DNA of 64,000 nucleotides. Source: an uncultured Clostridium sp. Its GTDB lineage: Bacteria; Bacillota; Clostridia; Oscillospirales; Acutalibacteraceae. Numbering within the stretch: position 1 is the first letter of the stretch; every line of letters begins with the position of its first letter. The DNA lies in NCBI GenBank assembly GCA_964386035.1, contig CAYLQT010000010.1, positions 14,963 to 78,962 of the forward strand, written 5' to 3'. Positions 51,347 to 61,601 of this stretch are shown piece by piece. Position numbers and translations under genes: made by a program. The notes below the pieces were generated by a model. The model made no database searches, was not told the DNA's origin, and worked only from the letters and a program-made list of their open reading frames with translations.

Positions 51347-52441
51347 TTATGACTTAATTTCTTTCCATGATGCGCTGTAATATGAATCGAGGTCTGCGCC
51401 GAGGTCATGGTAAACCTCACCCTTGTTTATGACATCAAGCGACGGGAAAATATCCTCATCCGACTTGACATCCGCATCAAGGGAATCAACAAGTGCCTGA
51501 TTGGGGGTTGAATAATAGATATACTCAAAATTCTTCCTTGCAGGCTCTACACCGCACAGATAGTTAATGAACGCTTCGGCATCCGCCTGATTTGAGCTGA
51601 AGGTCGGAACGACCCACGAATCTATCCAGAAGTTCGTGCCCTCCTCGGGGATGGTGAACTTGAGGTCGGGGTTGCCCATAATACTCTGCTCCTCATCGCC
51701 CTCTATAGCGAGATAAGCTTCGCCGTTATAGACAAGAGCCATTGCCGCTTCGCCGCTTATCATGGTGTCTCTTGCCTCAGTCTCAACAAGATACGCCTTG
51801 AGCAACGGCTTCTGCTTAATAAGCAGCTCCTTTGCGGCATCGATCTCTGCCCTGTCGGTGGTATTGAGCGAATAGCCGAGAGATTCAAGTGCAACAAGGA
51901 AAGAATCACGGATGCTGTTTGACATAATTATCTTGCCTGAATATTTCTCGTTAAAGAACATATTCCAGCTCTTTGCATCCTCCTCCGAGACCATCTTTGT
52001 GTTATAAATAACGCCGACGGTACCCCAGAAATGAGGAACGGAATACTTGTTATCGGGATCGAAGGAGCGTGACTTCTCGAGATAAACTTCACCGATATTC
52101 TTGAGATTCGGGATGTTGTCAAAATTCAGCTCTGCAAGTCTGTCCTCTTTTATAAAGCGCTCGATGATATAATCCGAAACGCAGATAAGATCATAGGACT
52201 GATCGCCGTTGACAGCCTTGTTATAAAGTTCCTCGGGCGTATCGCACTCATCTATGCTAACCTTAATGCCGCTCTCCTTCCTGAACTCGGAGATAACATC
52301 AAGGTCAAGGTACTGACCGTAAATGAGCACATTTATCTTGCGTGAATCATTTGAACAGCCTGCAAGTGCCACAAAAGAACACAGGCAGAGGACAAGTGCC
52401 ATAACGGCACAGATAATTCTGAAAAAAGCAGTCTTTTTCAT
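51347..52441 (-). CDS. potD: spermidine/putrescine ABC transporter substrate-binding lipoprotein
   Basis: Lipobox LAGC; YDLICVSDY, VPHFWGTVG, PEEGTNFWID. Confidence 0.88.
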   Translation of the reverse strand: MKKTAFFRIICAVMALVLCLCSFVALAGCSNDSRKINVLIYGQYLDLDVISEFRKESGIKVSIDECDTPEELYNKAVNGDQSYDLICVSDYIIERFIKEDRLAELNFDNIPNLKNIGEVYLEKSRSFDPDNKYSVPHFWGTVGVIYNTKMVSEEDAKSWNMFFNEKYSGKIIMSNSIRDSFLVALESLGYSLNTTDRAEIDAAKELLIKQKPLLKAYLVETEARDTMISGEAAMALVYNGEAYLAIEGDEEQSIMGNPDLKFTIPEEGTNFWIDSWVVPTFSSNQADAEAFINYLCGVEPARKNFEYIYYSTPNQALVDSLDADVKSDEDIFPSLDVINKGEVYHDLGADLDSYYSASWKEIKS

Positions 52442-52455
52442 TAGTTCGACCCCCA

Positions 52456-53256
52456 TCAATAGTTTTTATTTGCCCTATCGCTCTTCTCCTTGCTGGCACT
52501 GATACGGTTCACGGCAAAGAGGACAAGGAGCACGATAAGGAATATTATTGTTGACAGAGCGTAGAGCTCAGGCTGATTTCCGAGCTTTCGCTCGGTATAG
52601 ATGATTATCGAGAGTGTTTTGACTCCCGCACCCTTTGTAAAATAGGTAATTGTAAAATCGTCCAGAGACATGGTGAACGCCATAAGGAAGCCGGAAAGAA
52701 GTCCCGGGAAGATGTCCGGCACGATCACCTTGAAAAACGCCTGAATCGGCGTTGCTCCGAGATCGACCGCCGCCTCATAGGTGTTTTTATCTCTTTGGCG
52801 GAGCTTCGGAAGCACATTGAGCACAACATACGGTATATTGAAGCTTATATGTGCTATGAGCATCGTGGTAAAATTGAGATTACCGAACATACGCACAAAC
52901 AGCAGCATCAGTGCTATGCCCGTCACTATATCCGCATTGAGCAGAGGTATACTGTTAAGGCTCATCACGGCAGACTGTGTGCGTTTTTTCATATAGAGTA
53001 TGCCGACACAGGCAAGCGTACCGAGCACGGTCGCTATCAGTGCCGAAAGCAACGCAAGCAAGAGGGTGTTCCTCAGTGCCTCCATTATAGGCTCGCTCGT
53101 GAACAGGCTCTCATACCACTTGAGAGTGAAACCGCCCCAATTCATATAGCGTGAATTGTTAAAGGACAGTATTGTGAGCACGACTATTGGGAGATAGAGT
53201 AAAATGAAAATTATACCCACATAGAAACGCTCGAGGAAATGCTTGAACTTTACCAC
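52456..53256 (-). CDS. potC: spermidine/putrescine ABC transporter permease
   Basis: LYLPIVVL..SFN, FTLKWY, EAAVDLGA, FTMSLDDF. Confidence 0.92.
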   Translation of the reverse strand: MVKFKHFLERFYVGIIFILLYLPIVVLTILSFNNSRYMNWGGFTLKWYESLFTSEPIMEALRNTLLLALLSALIATVLGTLACVGILYMKKRTQSAVMSLNSIPLLNADIVTGIALMLLFVRMFGNLNFTTMLIAHISFNIPYVVLNVLPKLRQRDKNTYEAAVDLGATPIQAFFKVIVPDIFPGLLSGFLMAFTMSLDDFTITYFTKGAGVKTLSIIIYTERKLGNQPELYALSTIIFLIVLLVLFAVNRISASKEKSDRANKNY

Positions 53257-54062
53257 AGCGTTCCCTCCTCTCCCGAGCCTTTAAGCTCACCTATCATCAT
53301 ACTGACGAAGATGAATATCATAAGGACTATGGATATTCCCGAGCCGAGATGCCAGTTGTTACCCTGATTGAACTCCTGCTCGATAATATTGCCTATGAGC
53401 AAAATCTTGCCGCCGCCGAGAATATCGGCTATGACGAACTCGGAAATACTCGGGACAAAAACCATGGTTATTCCGCTGATAACTCCGGGAATGGAGAGCG
53501 GAAAGATTATCTTTTTGAAAGTCCTCGCCGGTGTTGCACCGAGGTCGCCTGCGGCATCGAGAAGATTATGGTCTATCTTTATCAAGGCGTTGTATATGGG
53601 CATGACCATAAACGGGAAATAGTCATAAACCATGCCTATCACTATTGCCGCCGGAGTGTAAAGTATGCTGAAATTCGGCAGGTTCAGCAAGGAGAGAAGC
53701 TGATTCAATATGCCGTTATCGGAGAGCAAAACTCTGATGGCGATTATCCTCAGAAGAAAGTTTATCCACATCGGCAGAATGAAGATAAATATAACAAAGC
53801 TTTTGCTCCGTGATGCACTTTTGCTGAGTATCAGCGCAAGCGGATAAGCAAGGAGCAAGCAAACAGCCGTTGTTATAAAAGCCAAAAGCAGGGACAGACC
53901 GAGTGCCTGAATATGAATCTTTTCAAATATAGCCGTTATGTTGGAAAAAGTGAACGAGCCGTCCGCATCGGTAAAACCGTAATAAAAAACGAACAGCAGC
54001 GGCACTACCGTAAAGACCAGCATCCACAGAAGATACGGCCCTGCCATAAGTTTTTTACGCAT
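53250..54062 (-). CDS. potB: spermidine/putrescine ABC transporter permease
   Basis: PY..W...[29 protein letters not shown]. Confidence 0.92.
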   Translation of the reverse strand: MRKKLMAGPYLLWMLVFTVVPLLFVFYYGFTDADGSFTFSNITAIFEKIHIQALGLSLLLAFITTAVCLLLAYPLALILSKSASRSKSFVIFIFILPMWINFLLRIIAIRVLLSDNGILNQLLSLLNLPNFSILYTPAAIVIGMVYDYFPFMVMPIYNALIKIDHNLLDAAGDLGATPARTFKKIIFPLSIPGVISGITMVFVPSISEFVIADILGGGKILLIGNIIEQEFNQGNNWHLGSGISIVLMIFIFVSMMIGELKGSGEEGTLW

Positions 54063-55131
54063 CGGCGTTGAACACCTCCTCATCCTCGGACTCGGGTTTG
54101 TTCATTATCTGAATATTCGAGGGTTCAACGCTGAGGCCCACCTCCGTACCTATAGGAGTGGAAACGGTACTGTGTACAAGCCACTCATAACCGTTGACCA
54201 TAACGTGCATCTCATAATGCACACCCTTGAAAATTATATCGGTAACTACGCCTTTAAGCTCACCCTGCGTGGGCGGAGTGAGTATTACATCCTCGGGTCT
54301 TATGACAACATCGACGGGCATATTCTCACCGAAGCCCTCATCAACGCAGACAAATTCCGCACCGAGAATACGAACAAGACGGTCCCTTATCATCACGCCG
54401 TCTATGATATTGCTCTCACCTATAAAGTCAGCAACAAAAGCATTGGTAGGCTCGTTATATATATCAACTGGAGTACCTATCTGCTGAATATAGCCCTGAT
54501 TGAGCACGACGACGGTATCCGACATCGTGAGTGCTTCCTCCTGGTCGTGGGTAACATATATAAAAGTAATACCCATCTGCTGCTGAATCTTTTTAAGCTC
54601 GACCTGCATCTCACGCCTGAGCTTCAAATCGAGTGCGCCCAACGGCTCATCGAGCAAAAGCACACGAGGCTTGACAGCAAGAGCACGAGCTATCGCCACC
54701 CTCTGCTGCTGACCGCCCGAGAGTGAATTTATATTACGCTTTTCAAAGCCGCTGAGATTGACTATCGAGAGCATTTCGCTGACGGTCTTTTCAATCTCGC
54801 TCTCCGGCGTTTTTCTTATCCTCAGACCGAACGCCACATTCTCATAAACATTCAGGTGCGGGAAAAGTGCGTAACGCTGAAAAATGGTGTTAACCTGCCT
54901 CTTGTGAGGCGGCACACCATTGATTTTTTTATCCTCAAATATGACATCTCCCTCATCGGGTTCGAGGAAACCGGCAATGACACGCAAAATAGTAGTTTTT
55001 CCGCAGCCTGACGGGCCGAGCAGAGTAATAAACTCCCTGTCACGGATATACAGACTTAAATCATCCAGAACCTGGTTATCACCCAATTTGACGGATATGT
55101 GTTTCAGGTCGATAATAACATTTTTTTTCAA
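54055..55131 (-). CDS. potA: spermidine/putrescine ABC transporter ATPase
   Basis: [48 protein letters not shown]. Confidence 0.95.
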   Translation of the reverse strand: MKKNVIIDLKHISVKLGDNQVLDDLSLYIRDREFITLLGPSGCGKTTILRVIAGFLEPDEGDVIFEDKKINGVPPHKRQVNTIFQRYALFPHLNVYENVAFGLRIRKTPESEIEKTVSEMLSIVNLSGFEKRNINSLSGGQQQRVAIARALAVKPRVLLLDEPLGALDLKLRREMQVELKKIQQQMGITFIYVTHDQEEALTMSDTVVVLNQGYIQQIGTPVDIYNEPTNAFVADFIGESNIIDGVMIRDRLVRILGAEFVCVDEGFGENMPVDVVIRPEDVILTPPTQGELKGVVTDIIFKGVHYEMHVMVNGYEWLVHSTVSTPIGTEVGLSVEPSNIQIMNKPESEDEEVFNADA

Positions 55132-55194
55132 TTATGCAGCCCCTCTCTCACAAAAATATGATGCAAACCGCACACCAAAAATATAAGTATAATA

Positions 55195-55223
55195 AATATA
55201 GAGCTAAACCGAAAAAAAGTCAA
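55195..55223 (-). promoter_or_regulatory. sigmaA promoter for pot operon
   Basis: TTGACT-N17-TATATT. Confidence 0.55.
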
Positions 55224-55261
55224 CAGATTTGACAAAAAAAACGCAAATGCCAAAAAAATTT

Positions 55262-55290
55262 AAGGCGTACCTCGGCTTTCGGCACGCCTT
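55262..55290 (-). terminator. terminator after spoIIR
   Basis: AAGGCGT...ACGCCTT stem then AAATTTTTTT on minus strand. Confidence 0.55.
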
Positions 55291-55300
55291 TATTTGGATA

Positions 55301-55930
55301 TTATGAATTATCACCGTTTTTTTCTCTGAGTCGCTCTATCAGTTCGACTATCTTAAACCTCGGTTCATATTTTGTGCTGCTACGAACCACCTTCAGCTCG
55401 TCATCATCGAGAAAAGCGTCTATATTTTCGTCTCGCTCTTGTGCGGCAGGCAGGCACAGCGGCGGAAACATAACGCACCACCAATTATGCCCTGCACCCT
55501 CGCCTATCACCACCTTGACTGCGGTATATCTACCGGCGGGCATAGTGAGGCTGCCGTAACTGCGAGTGGAAAAATATTCATTTGTAACGCTTACACTCAC
55601 GGGATAATCGTAGCCCTCCCGTTCGATCACCGCAAGTGCCGCCGCCTCAAGCTCGGCGGTTTTCGGCTCAATTCGGGTCTTTGCCTCGTCCGCCGTCACC
55701 GTGCCGTCAAACAGCTCTGCTCCGCACTCGAGCACGGCATCACGCACCTTTAATTTAAGTGCCTGATCCTCATCGGAATCCGAATTTGCGATAACGTGCA
55801 TCCTCAGCACGTCTCTCCTCACCCGAGAGCAGTCATAGGCAAACACAGCAACACTCAAACTGCCCAAAAGTATAGCAAGCGAAAGCAACACCGATTGAAG
55901 CTTTAAGATTTTTTTGAATTTAGATTTCAT
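55301..55930 (-). CDS. spoIIR: stage II sporulation protein R
   Basis: Signal peptide; LRMHVIANSDS..DQALKLKVRD, FSTRSYG, PAGRY, GEGAGHNWWCVMFPPLC. Confidence 0.96.
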   Translation of the reverse strand: MKSKFKKILKLQSVLLSLAILLGSLSVAVFAYDCSRVRRDVLRMHVIANSDSDEDQALKLKVRDAVLECGAELFDGTVTADEAKTRIEPKTAELEAAALAVIEREGYDYPVSVSVTNEYFSTRSYGSLTMPAGRYTAVKVVIGEGAGHNWWCVMFPPLCLPAAQERDENIDAFLDDDELKVVRSSTKYEPRFKIVELIERLREKNGDNS

Positions 55931-55958
55931 AAGTAATACCGTCCTTTCATCCGTGAGG

Positions 55959-55987
55959 ATTATGGACAGCATTTGCCGAGAATATTC
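55959..55987 (-). promoter_or_regulatory. sigmaF-type promoter candidate for spoIIR
   Basis: GAATA-N15-GTCCATAAT; spoIIR is a canonical sigmaF target. Confidence 0.45.
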
Positions 55988-56021
55988 ATCCGATTCGCTG
56001 TATTTTTGCATTTTTATCCAC

Positions 56022-56050
56022 AAAAAAATGCACCCCTTTTGGGGGTGCAT
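56022..56050 (-). terminator. terminator after secG
   Basis: TGCACCCC-loop-GGGGTGCA followed by 7 U on minus strand. Confidence 0.85.
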
Positions 56051-56073
56051 TCGGATTCACTTTAAATTTTGAA

Positions 56074-56322
56074 TTAAAGGAACAGGAGAAGGAGTGTTGC
56101 AAGAAGTGCAAGGACGAAGAAAGAGATTGCAACTATCTTCGTGATAAGCACAAGCTTTGACTCCATTGTTTTGCTCTTATTCTTGCCGAAGAAAGTCTCT
56201 GCGCCGCCGGCAATAGCACCGGAAAGACCGGCAGACTTACCCTCCTGAAGAAGGACAAGAGCGATGATTGCGATCGAAAGAAGAATGAGGATTATTCCCA
56301 ATATAATTTCATGTACTGCCAT
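56074..56322 (-). CDS. secG: preprotein translocase subunit SecG
   Basis: LVLLQEGKSAGLSGAIAGGAETFFGK..K motif, two TMs. Confidence 0.95.
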   Translation of the reverse strand: MAVHEIILGIILILLSIAIIALVLLQEGKSAGLSGAIAGGAETFFGKNKSKTMESKLVLITKIVAISFFVLALLATLLLLFL

Positions 56323-56354
56323 GAAGTAGACCTCCAAACACAAATTGCTAAGAT

Positions 56355-56383
56355 ATTTTAGCATATACTATTACGAATTTCAA
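56355..56383 (-). promoter_or_regulatory. sigmaA promoter for secG
   Basis: TTGAAA-N17-TAAAAT with TG extension. Confidence 0.6.
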
Positions 56384-56535
56384 TAGTTTTTTGCAAAACT
56401 TTTGCCAATACCGCCTATTACCCGACGGATAGCAACTTTTTATCCATTATTTTCAACGGATTTTCCGTTTGGTCTTGCACAAACTACTCTCAACGGCGAA
56501 AGCACTAACTCAAGCGTTTGCAGGGCTTTCCCGTT

Positions 56536-56573
56536 GACCGTTTCGCAGGGAAGCCTTGCAAACGGTCTTTTTT
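56536..56573. terminator. hairpin just after topoisomerase A-subunit stop
   Basis: GACCGTTT-CGCAGG/CCTTGC-AAACGGTC; U-run only on plus strand. Confidence 0.45.
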
Positions 56574-56576
56574 GTT

Positions 56577-58835
56577 TTATATTCCGAATTCGAGCTGTTC
56601 GCCCTTGTCCTCCGCACTGAGCAATGCGCCTGCCGCCGGAAGGTTCTTCGTCTTATATCTGTAAGCCTTGGCGAACTCGCCCTCCTTGTACGGACGAACG
56701 GTTGTGACCTTTTGACCCTTTTTAAGGCTCATTACACCTACGCCCTGCGTATCCTTGGTGGTTTTGGGCGATATAGCACCAGTGTTTATAAGCAGATGTC
56801 TGCCTGCCGAGGAAATAACAACCAGCTCGGTGTCGACATCGGTGTGAAGCATTGCCGCCGCCGGTGATTTGTCGGAATAGGCCTTGATAAGCTTTTTGCG
56901 GTTTGTCTTGGTCTGATAAGCAGAAAGTTCCACCTTTGCCGCCTTGCCGTTTTCAAAGAAGAAGAGCATATAACCCGAATAATCCGAGGTGACAACCATA
57001 TACACAGCCGTCTCGCCCTCATCCATACCGAGCTTTGATGCTACATAATCACCGAGTGCGCTCGCCTTGGTATCCTTAAAGTCGTTGACCCTCGCCTTAT
57101 AAACCTGACAACGGTTCGTGAAGAACAGCAGTTCCTTGGAGTTATCCGTAACAACGGTCTGGGCAAGCTCGTCGCCCTCCTTGAACTTCTGCTCACTGCT
57201 CATACGCAACGACTGCGGTGTTATCTTCTTGAAATAGCCCTCCTTGGAGAAGAAGAGAGTGACGGGATAATCCGGAATCACCTCCACTTCTTCCTCCTCC
57301 ACTATATCCGAGGCATAGATTATCTCGGTCTTTCTCGGCTTGCCGTATTTCTTGATGACATCCTCAAGCTCTTCGATGATTATCGCACCGACTCTGCCCT
57401 TCTTTGAGAGAATATCCTCGAGATCCGCAACAAGCTTTTCAAGCTCCTCAATATCCTGAGTACGCTTCAAAATATATTCACGGTTTAAATGACGAAGCTT
57501 AATTTCCGCAACATATTCCGCCTGTGTGCGATCGATTCCGAAGCCTATCATAAGGTTCGGGACAACCTCTGCCTCTTCCTCGGTGTTTCGGACTATCTTT
57601 ATAGCCTTATCAATATCAAGAAGTATCTTCTCAAGACCTCTGAGAAGATGCAGCTTGTCCTTTGCCTTCTTGAGATCAAAATAAGTTCTGCGTCTTACGC
57701 ACTCCATGCGGAATGCTATCCACTCATTGAGAAGCTCCTTGACACCCATAACCTTTGGAGTGCCGGCAATGAGAACATTGAAGTTGCACGCAAAGGAATC
57801 CGAGAGCGGTGTCATACGATAGAGCTTTTGCATAAGCTTATCGGGGTCAACTCCCCTTTTAAGGTCTATCGTTATTTTAAGTCCGCTCTTGTCCGTCTCA
57901 TCACGGATGTCGCTTATCTCTTTTACAGCTCCCGCTTTGACACGTTCAATGACCTTTTCGATTATCGATTCGCTCGTTGAGGTGGAGGTCATCGGTATCT
58001 CGGTTATATCAATGCAGTTGTTCGACTTATCATAAGTATACTTTGCATAAAGCTTGAAGGAGCCTCTGCCAGTACGGTATATCTCCTCTATCTTCGAGCG
58101 GTCATAGAGTATTTTTGCGCCGCCTGCGAAATCAGGTGCCTTGAGAGTATCCGCAACACAGTGATCGGGGTCTCTGATAAGCTCAATGGTAGTGCGGCAT
58201 ACCTCTTCAAGGTTGAACGAACAGATGGAGCTTGCCATACCGACGGCTATACCCGTATTATTGTTGACGAGCACGCTCGGAAATGTGACGGGAAGCAACG
58301 TCGGCTCTTTCATCGTGTTGTCATAGTTATCGACAAAATCGACCGTATCCTTATCAATATCCCTGAACAGCTCCGCACTGATTGGGTCGAGCTTCGCCTC
58401 GGTGTAACGGGATGCCGCCCACATCATATCACGGGAATACGCCTTGCCGAAGTTACCCTTTGAATCGACATACGGGTGCAAAAGTGCCTCATAGCCCTTT
58501 GAAAGGCGTACCATAGTGTCATATATAGCAGCATCGCCGTGGGGGTTCAACTGCATGGTTCGTCCGACTATATTTGCCGACTTTGAGCGTGCGCCCGTAA
58601 GCAGGCCCATTTTGTACATCATATAGAGTATCTTTCTGTGTGAGGGCTTAAAGCCGTCTATCTCCGGAATAGCTCTCGACATAATTACACTCATGGCGTA
58701 CGGGAAGTAGTTGGTTTCAATTGTATCGGTTATCGGCTGCTCGACAACCTCGCCTGCGCCGATAATATGAACGCCGTTCTTGAGAGGATCTATCTCCTGC
58801 TTCGGCGGTTCTTTTTTACCTCTTTTTCCTGCCAT
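56577..58835 (-). CDS. type IIA topoisomerase A subunit, divergent (ParC-like; no GyrA-box seen)
   Basis: IDGFKPSHR, PHGD, SKGNFG, AASRYTE (catalytic Tyr), GIAVGMA; short C-terminal domain. Confidence 0.9.
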   Translation of the reverse strand: MAGKRGKKEPPKQEIDPLKNGVHIIGAGEVVEQPITDTIETNYFPYAMSVIMSRAIPEIDGFKPSHRKILYMMYKMGLLTGARSKSANIVGRTMQLNPHGDAAIYDTMVRLSKGYEALLHPYVDSKGNFGKAYSRDMMWAASRYTEAKLDPISAELFRDIDKDTVDFVDNYDNTMKEPTLLPVTFPSVLVNNNTGIAVGMASSICSFNLEEVCRTTIELIRDPDHCVADTLKAPDFAGGAKILYDRSKIEEIYRTGRGSFKLYAKYTYDKSNNCIDITEIPMTSTSTSESIIEKVIERVKAGAVKEISDIRDETDKSGLKITIDLKRGVDPDKLMQKLYRMTPLSDSFACNFNVLIAGTPKVMGVKELLNEWIAFRMECVRRRTYFDLKKAKDKLHLLRGLEKILLDIDKAIKIVRNTEEEAEVVPNLMIGFGIDRTQAEYVAEIKLRHLNREYILKRTQDIEELEKLVADLEDILSKKGRVGAIIIEELEDVIKKYGKPRKTEIIYASDIVEEEEVEVIPDYPVTLFFSKEGYFKKITPQSLRMSSEQKFKEGDELAQTVVTDNSKELLFFTNRCQVYKARVNDFKDTKASALGDYVASKLGMDEGETAVYMVVTSDYSGYMLFFFENGKAAKVELSAYQTKTNRKKLIKAYSDKSPAAAMLHTDVDTELVVISSAGRHLLINTGAISPKTTKDTQGVGVMSLKKGQKVTTVRPYKEGEFAKAYRYKTKNLPAAGALLSAEDKGEQLEFGI

Positions 58836-58862
58836 TATATCAAATTCCTTTCAAAGCTTGCC

Positions 58863-60842
58863 TTACGAAACATCTGCCATATCGATGTAGGCATAGCCGT
58901 CCTTTGCTATATGCTCTTTTCTGCCAGCGAGATTGTCTCCGAGCCAGAGGTCGAATATATCGGCTGTCTGCTGTGCATCGGTGGGATCAACTCTTATAAG
59001 TCTGCGTGTTGAGGGGTTCATGGTGGTAAGCGACATCATATCGGCATCGTTTTCACCGAGTCCCTTTGAACGCTGAATCGTAAACTTGGCATTGCCTATC
59101 TCATCGAGTATTGCCTGCTTTTCCTGCTCATTGTAGGCAAACCACGTCTCATCCTTGGAATTTATCTCATAAAGCGGCGACTCGGCAATATAGACCTTGC
59201 CCGCTTCTATAAGAGTCGGCATGAGACGGTATATCATAGCGAGGATGAGCGTGCGTATCTGGAAGCCGTCAACATCGGCATCGGTACAGATTATGACCTT
59301 GCTCCAACGCAGTTGATTTAGATCAAATGCCACCATATCTTTCATCGACTTGCTCTTGACCTCAACTCCGCAACCGAGAACCTTTATAAGGTCTGTTATT
59401 ATCTCGTTTGCGAATATCTTGTTATACTCCGCCTTGAGACAGTTGAGTATCTTACCTCTGACGGGTATTATTGCCTGGAACGACGAGTCTCTCGCCTGCT
59501 TACAGGCACCGAGAGCCGAATCGCCCTCCACTATGAACAGCTCACGCTGCGAGACATCCTTGGAGCGGCAGTCAACAAACTTCTGCACTCGGTTTGACAT
59601 ATCGTTGCTCGACTGAAGCTTGCCCTTTATATTGAGCTTCGTGGTCTCCGCTCTGACACGGGCACGCATATTGACGAGCACCTGATCGCAGATCTTATCC
59701 GCATCAAGCTTATTTTCAATGAAATATATCTCAAGCTGATGCTTGAAGAACTCTGTCATTGCCTCTTGAATGAACTTATTTGTGATTGCCTTTTTCGTCT
59801 GGTTCTCATAAGAGGCTATCGTTGAGAATGACGAGACGACAAGTACGAGGCAGTCCTCGATATCCTGAAAGCTTATCTTCGAATCCGACTTCAAATATTT
59901 GCCGCTCTTTTTGATATAAGCGTCTATCTGCGACAAAAATGCCGAACGCACAGCCTTATCGGGCGAACCGCCATGCTCAAGGTAGCTCGAGTTGTGATAA
60001 AACTCCTTGAGCTGAACCTTGTTGGAGAAGCAGAGTGCGGCATTTATTTTGAGCTTGTAATCCGGCTGATCGGGTCTGTCTCTGCCGACACGGTCGCCGC
60101 TCCATGTGACTATCTGAGTCAGGGTATTATCTCCGACATTCTCGGCAATATGCTGCTCTATTCCCTTTTCATACAGATACTCGAATGTATCAAACTTCGA
60201 GCCGTTCTGATTCTTGAAGATAAACTTAACGCCCGCATTGACTATCGCCTGACGGCGCAGAACATCCTGAAAATACTCGGCAGGGATACTTATATCCGTG
60301 AAAACCTCAAGGTCGGGTCGCCACTTGATTCTGGTGCCCGTATCCTTTTTGCTGTACGGCTCCTTTATCATATCGGAGACAGGCTCGCCCTTCTTGAAAT
60401 TCAGATGGTAGCAAAAGCCGTTTGAATGTATCTCCGCCTCCATATAATCGGAGGCATACTGCGTGGCACAAAGGCCGAGTCCGTTTGTACCCAGCGAATA
60501 CTCATAGCTTCCGCCGTCGTTAGTCTTATATTTACCGCCGGCATACAGCTCGCAGAAAGTGAGCTTCCAGTTATACTCCTGCTCGGTCTGGTTAAATTCA
60601 ACAGGTATACCTCTGCCGAAGTCCTGAACCTCGATAGACTTGTCCTCAAAGCGTGTGACGATAACGGTATTACCGAAGCCCTCTCTCGCTTCATCGACCG
60701 AGTTTGAGATTATCTCGAACACCGAGTGCTCGCAGCCCTCTATACCGTCCGAGCCAAAAATGACCGCAGGCTTTTTACGCACACGGTCTGCACCTTTGAG
60801 CAGAATTATATCCTCATTACCATAGGATTGCTTTTTAGCCAT
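58863..60842 (-). CDS. type IIA topoisomerase B subunit, divergent (ParE-like)
   Basis: EIISNSVDE, DFGRGIP, GTNGLG, FIVEGDSA, PVRGKILN, TDADVDG, RSKGLGE. Confidence 0.92.
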   Translation of the reverse strand: MAKKQSYGNEDIILLKGADRVRKKPAVIFGSDGIEGCEHSVFEIISNSVDEAREGFGNTVIVTRFEDKSIEVQDFGRGIPVEFNQTEQEYNWKLTFCELYAGGKYKTNDGGSYEYSLGTNGLGLCATQYASDYMEAEIHSNGFCYHLNFKKGEPVSDMIKEPYSKKDTGTRIKWRPDLEVFTDISIPAEYFQDVLRRQAIVNAGVKFIFKNQNGSKFDTFEYLYEKGIEQHIAENVGDNTLTQIVTWSGDRVGRDRPDQPDYKLKINAALCFSNKVQLKEFYHNSSYLEHGGSPDKAVRSAFLSQIDAYIKKSGKYLKSDSKISFQDIEDCLVLVVSSFSTIASYENQTKKAITNKFIQEAMTEFFKHQLEIYFIENKLDADKICDQVLVNMRARVRAETTKLNIKGKLQSSNDMSNRVQKFVDCRSKDVSQRELFIVEGDSALGACKQARDSSFQAIIPVRGKILNCLKAEYNKIFANEIITDLIKVLGCGVEVKSKSMKDMVAFDLNQLRWSKVIICTDADVDGFQIRTLILAMIYRLMPTLIEAGKVYIAESPLYEINSKDETWFAYNEQEKQAILDEIGNAKFTIQRSKGLGENDADMMSLTTMNPSTRRLIRVDPTDAQQTADIFDLWLGDNLAGRKEHIAKDGYAYIDMADVS

Positions 60843-60889
60843 TAAGTAAACCTCCGTAAGTTTACATTATTTTGTATCATATACATTAT

Positions 60890-60919
60890 ATTATACACCA
60901 TATATTGGCGATTTGTCAA
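60890..60919 (-). promoter_or_regulatory. sigmaA promoter for topoisomerase operon
   Basis: TTGACA-N18-TATAAT. Confidence 0.65.
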
Positions 60920-61011
60920 CGATAGGAGCATTTGCAGCAAAAGCAGGTCGCTCCAAACAGCGAAAGATAATACTTCCCAACTGCCAATAAGCTAGGCTTT
61001 TTAAGAAGGAA

Positions 61012-61046
61012 TAAATACGCACCCACCGTTTTTTTGCGGCAGGTGC
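61012..61046 (-). terminator. terminator after hypothetical membrane protein
   Basis: GCACCTGCCG-loop-CGGTGGGTGC then GTATTTATT. Confidence 0.55.
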
Positions 61047-61053
61047 ATTTGAT

Positions 61054-61533
61054 TCACTTTGATATTTTGTTCAATACTCCTCCGACAGCGGCAGTCGCAT
61101 CCTTAACAAAATTTACCTTGGTGTCGAAGATAAGCCCGTTACCGTCGGATATTTCTATATGTGCGATGACGAAATCGTTGCCGTCCGTCTGCACGGTGTT
61201 TCCGTCAGCTGTCAACCATGTTATCTTAATATTGTTTAGTGCAATGTCGTTATCAATCGGCACTTCAAACTGTGCACCGTCAAAGAATGTCGCCTGCGAT
61301 TTGGCGTTGACAATCAGTCTGCCTCTTTGCTCATATATCTCAATCGAATTATATCCTTCTTTTTCTTTCACGATAAGCTCGTCCGAGCCGACCTGAATTT
61401 TGAAAATCTCGCCCGATTTTTCTTTTTGAACTCTGATAACGACCGTTGAAACGACGAGTAACACGACCACAAAGAGTGAAGAAACAATAAGAATTATCTT
61501 GTCCTTTTTAGTGTGCTGAATGCTATCCTCCAT
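61054..61533 (-). CDS. hypothetical single-pass membrane protein
   Basis: One N-terminal TM (IILIVSSLFVVVLLVVSTVVI) then beta-rich domain; own promoter- and terminator-like signals. Confidence 0.7.
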   Translation of the reverse strand: MEDSIQHTKKDKIILIVSSLFVVVLLVVSTVVIRVQKEKSGEIFKIQVGSDELIVKEKEGYNSIEIYEQRGRLIVNAKSQATFFDGAQFEVPIDNDIALNNIKITWLTADGNTVQTDGNDFVIAHIEISDGNGLIFDTKVNFVKDATAAVGGVLNKISK

Positions 61534-61573
61534 CCGTCTATCCTCTCTCATCACACAATATGATTTAGAGTTG

Positions 61574-61601
61574 ATTATATCACGAACACAGATATTTTCA
61601 A
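61574..61601 (-). promoter_or_regulatory. sigmaA promoter for the membrane protein gene
   Basis: TTGAAA-N16-TATAAT with TG extension. Confidence 0.5.
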
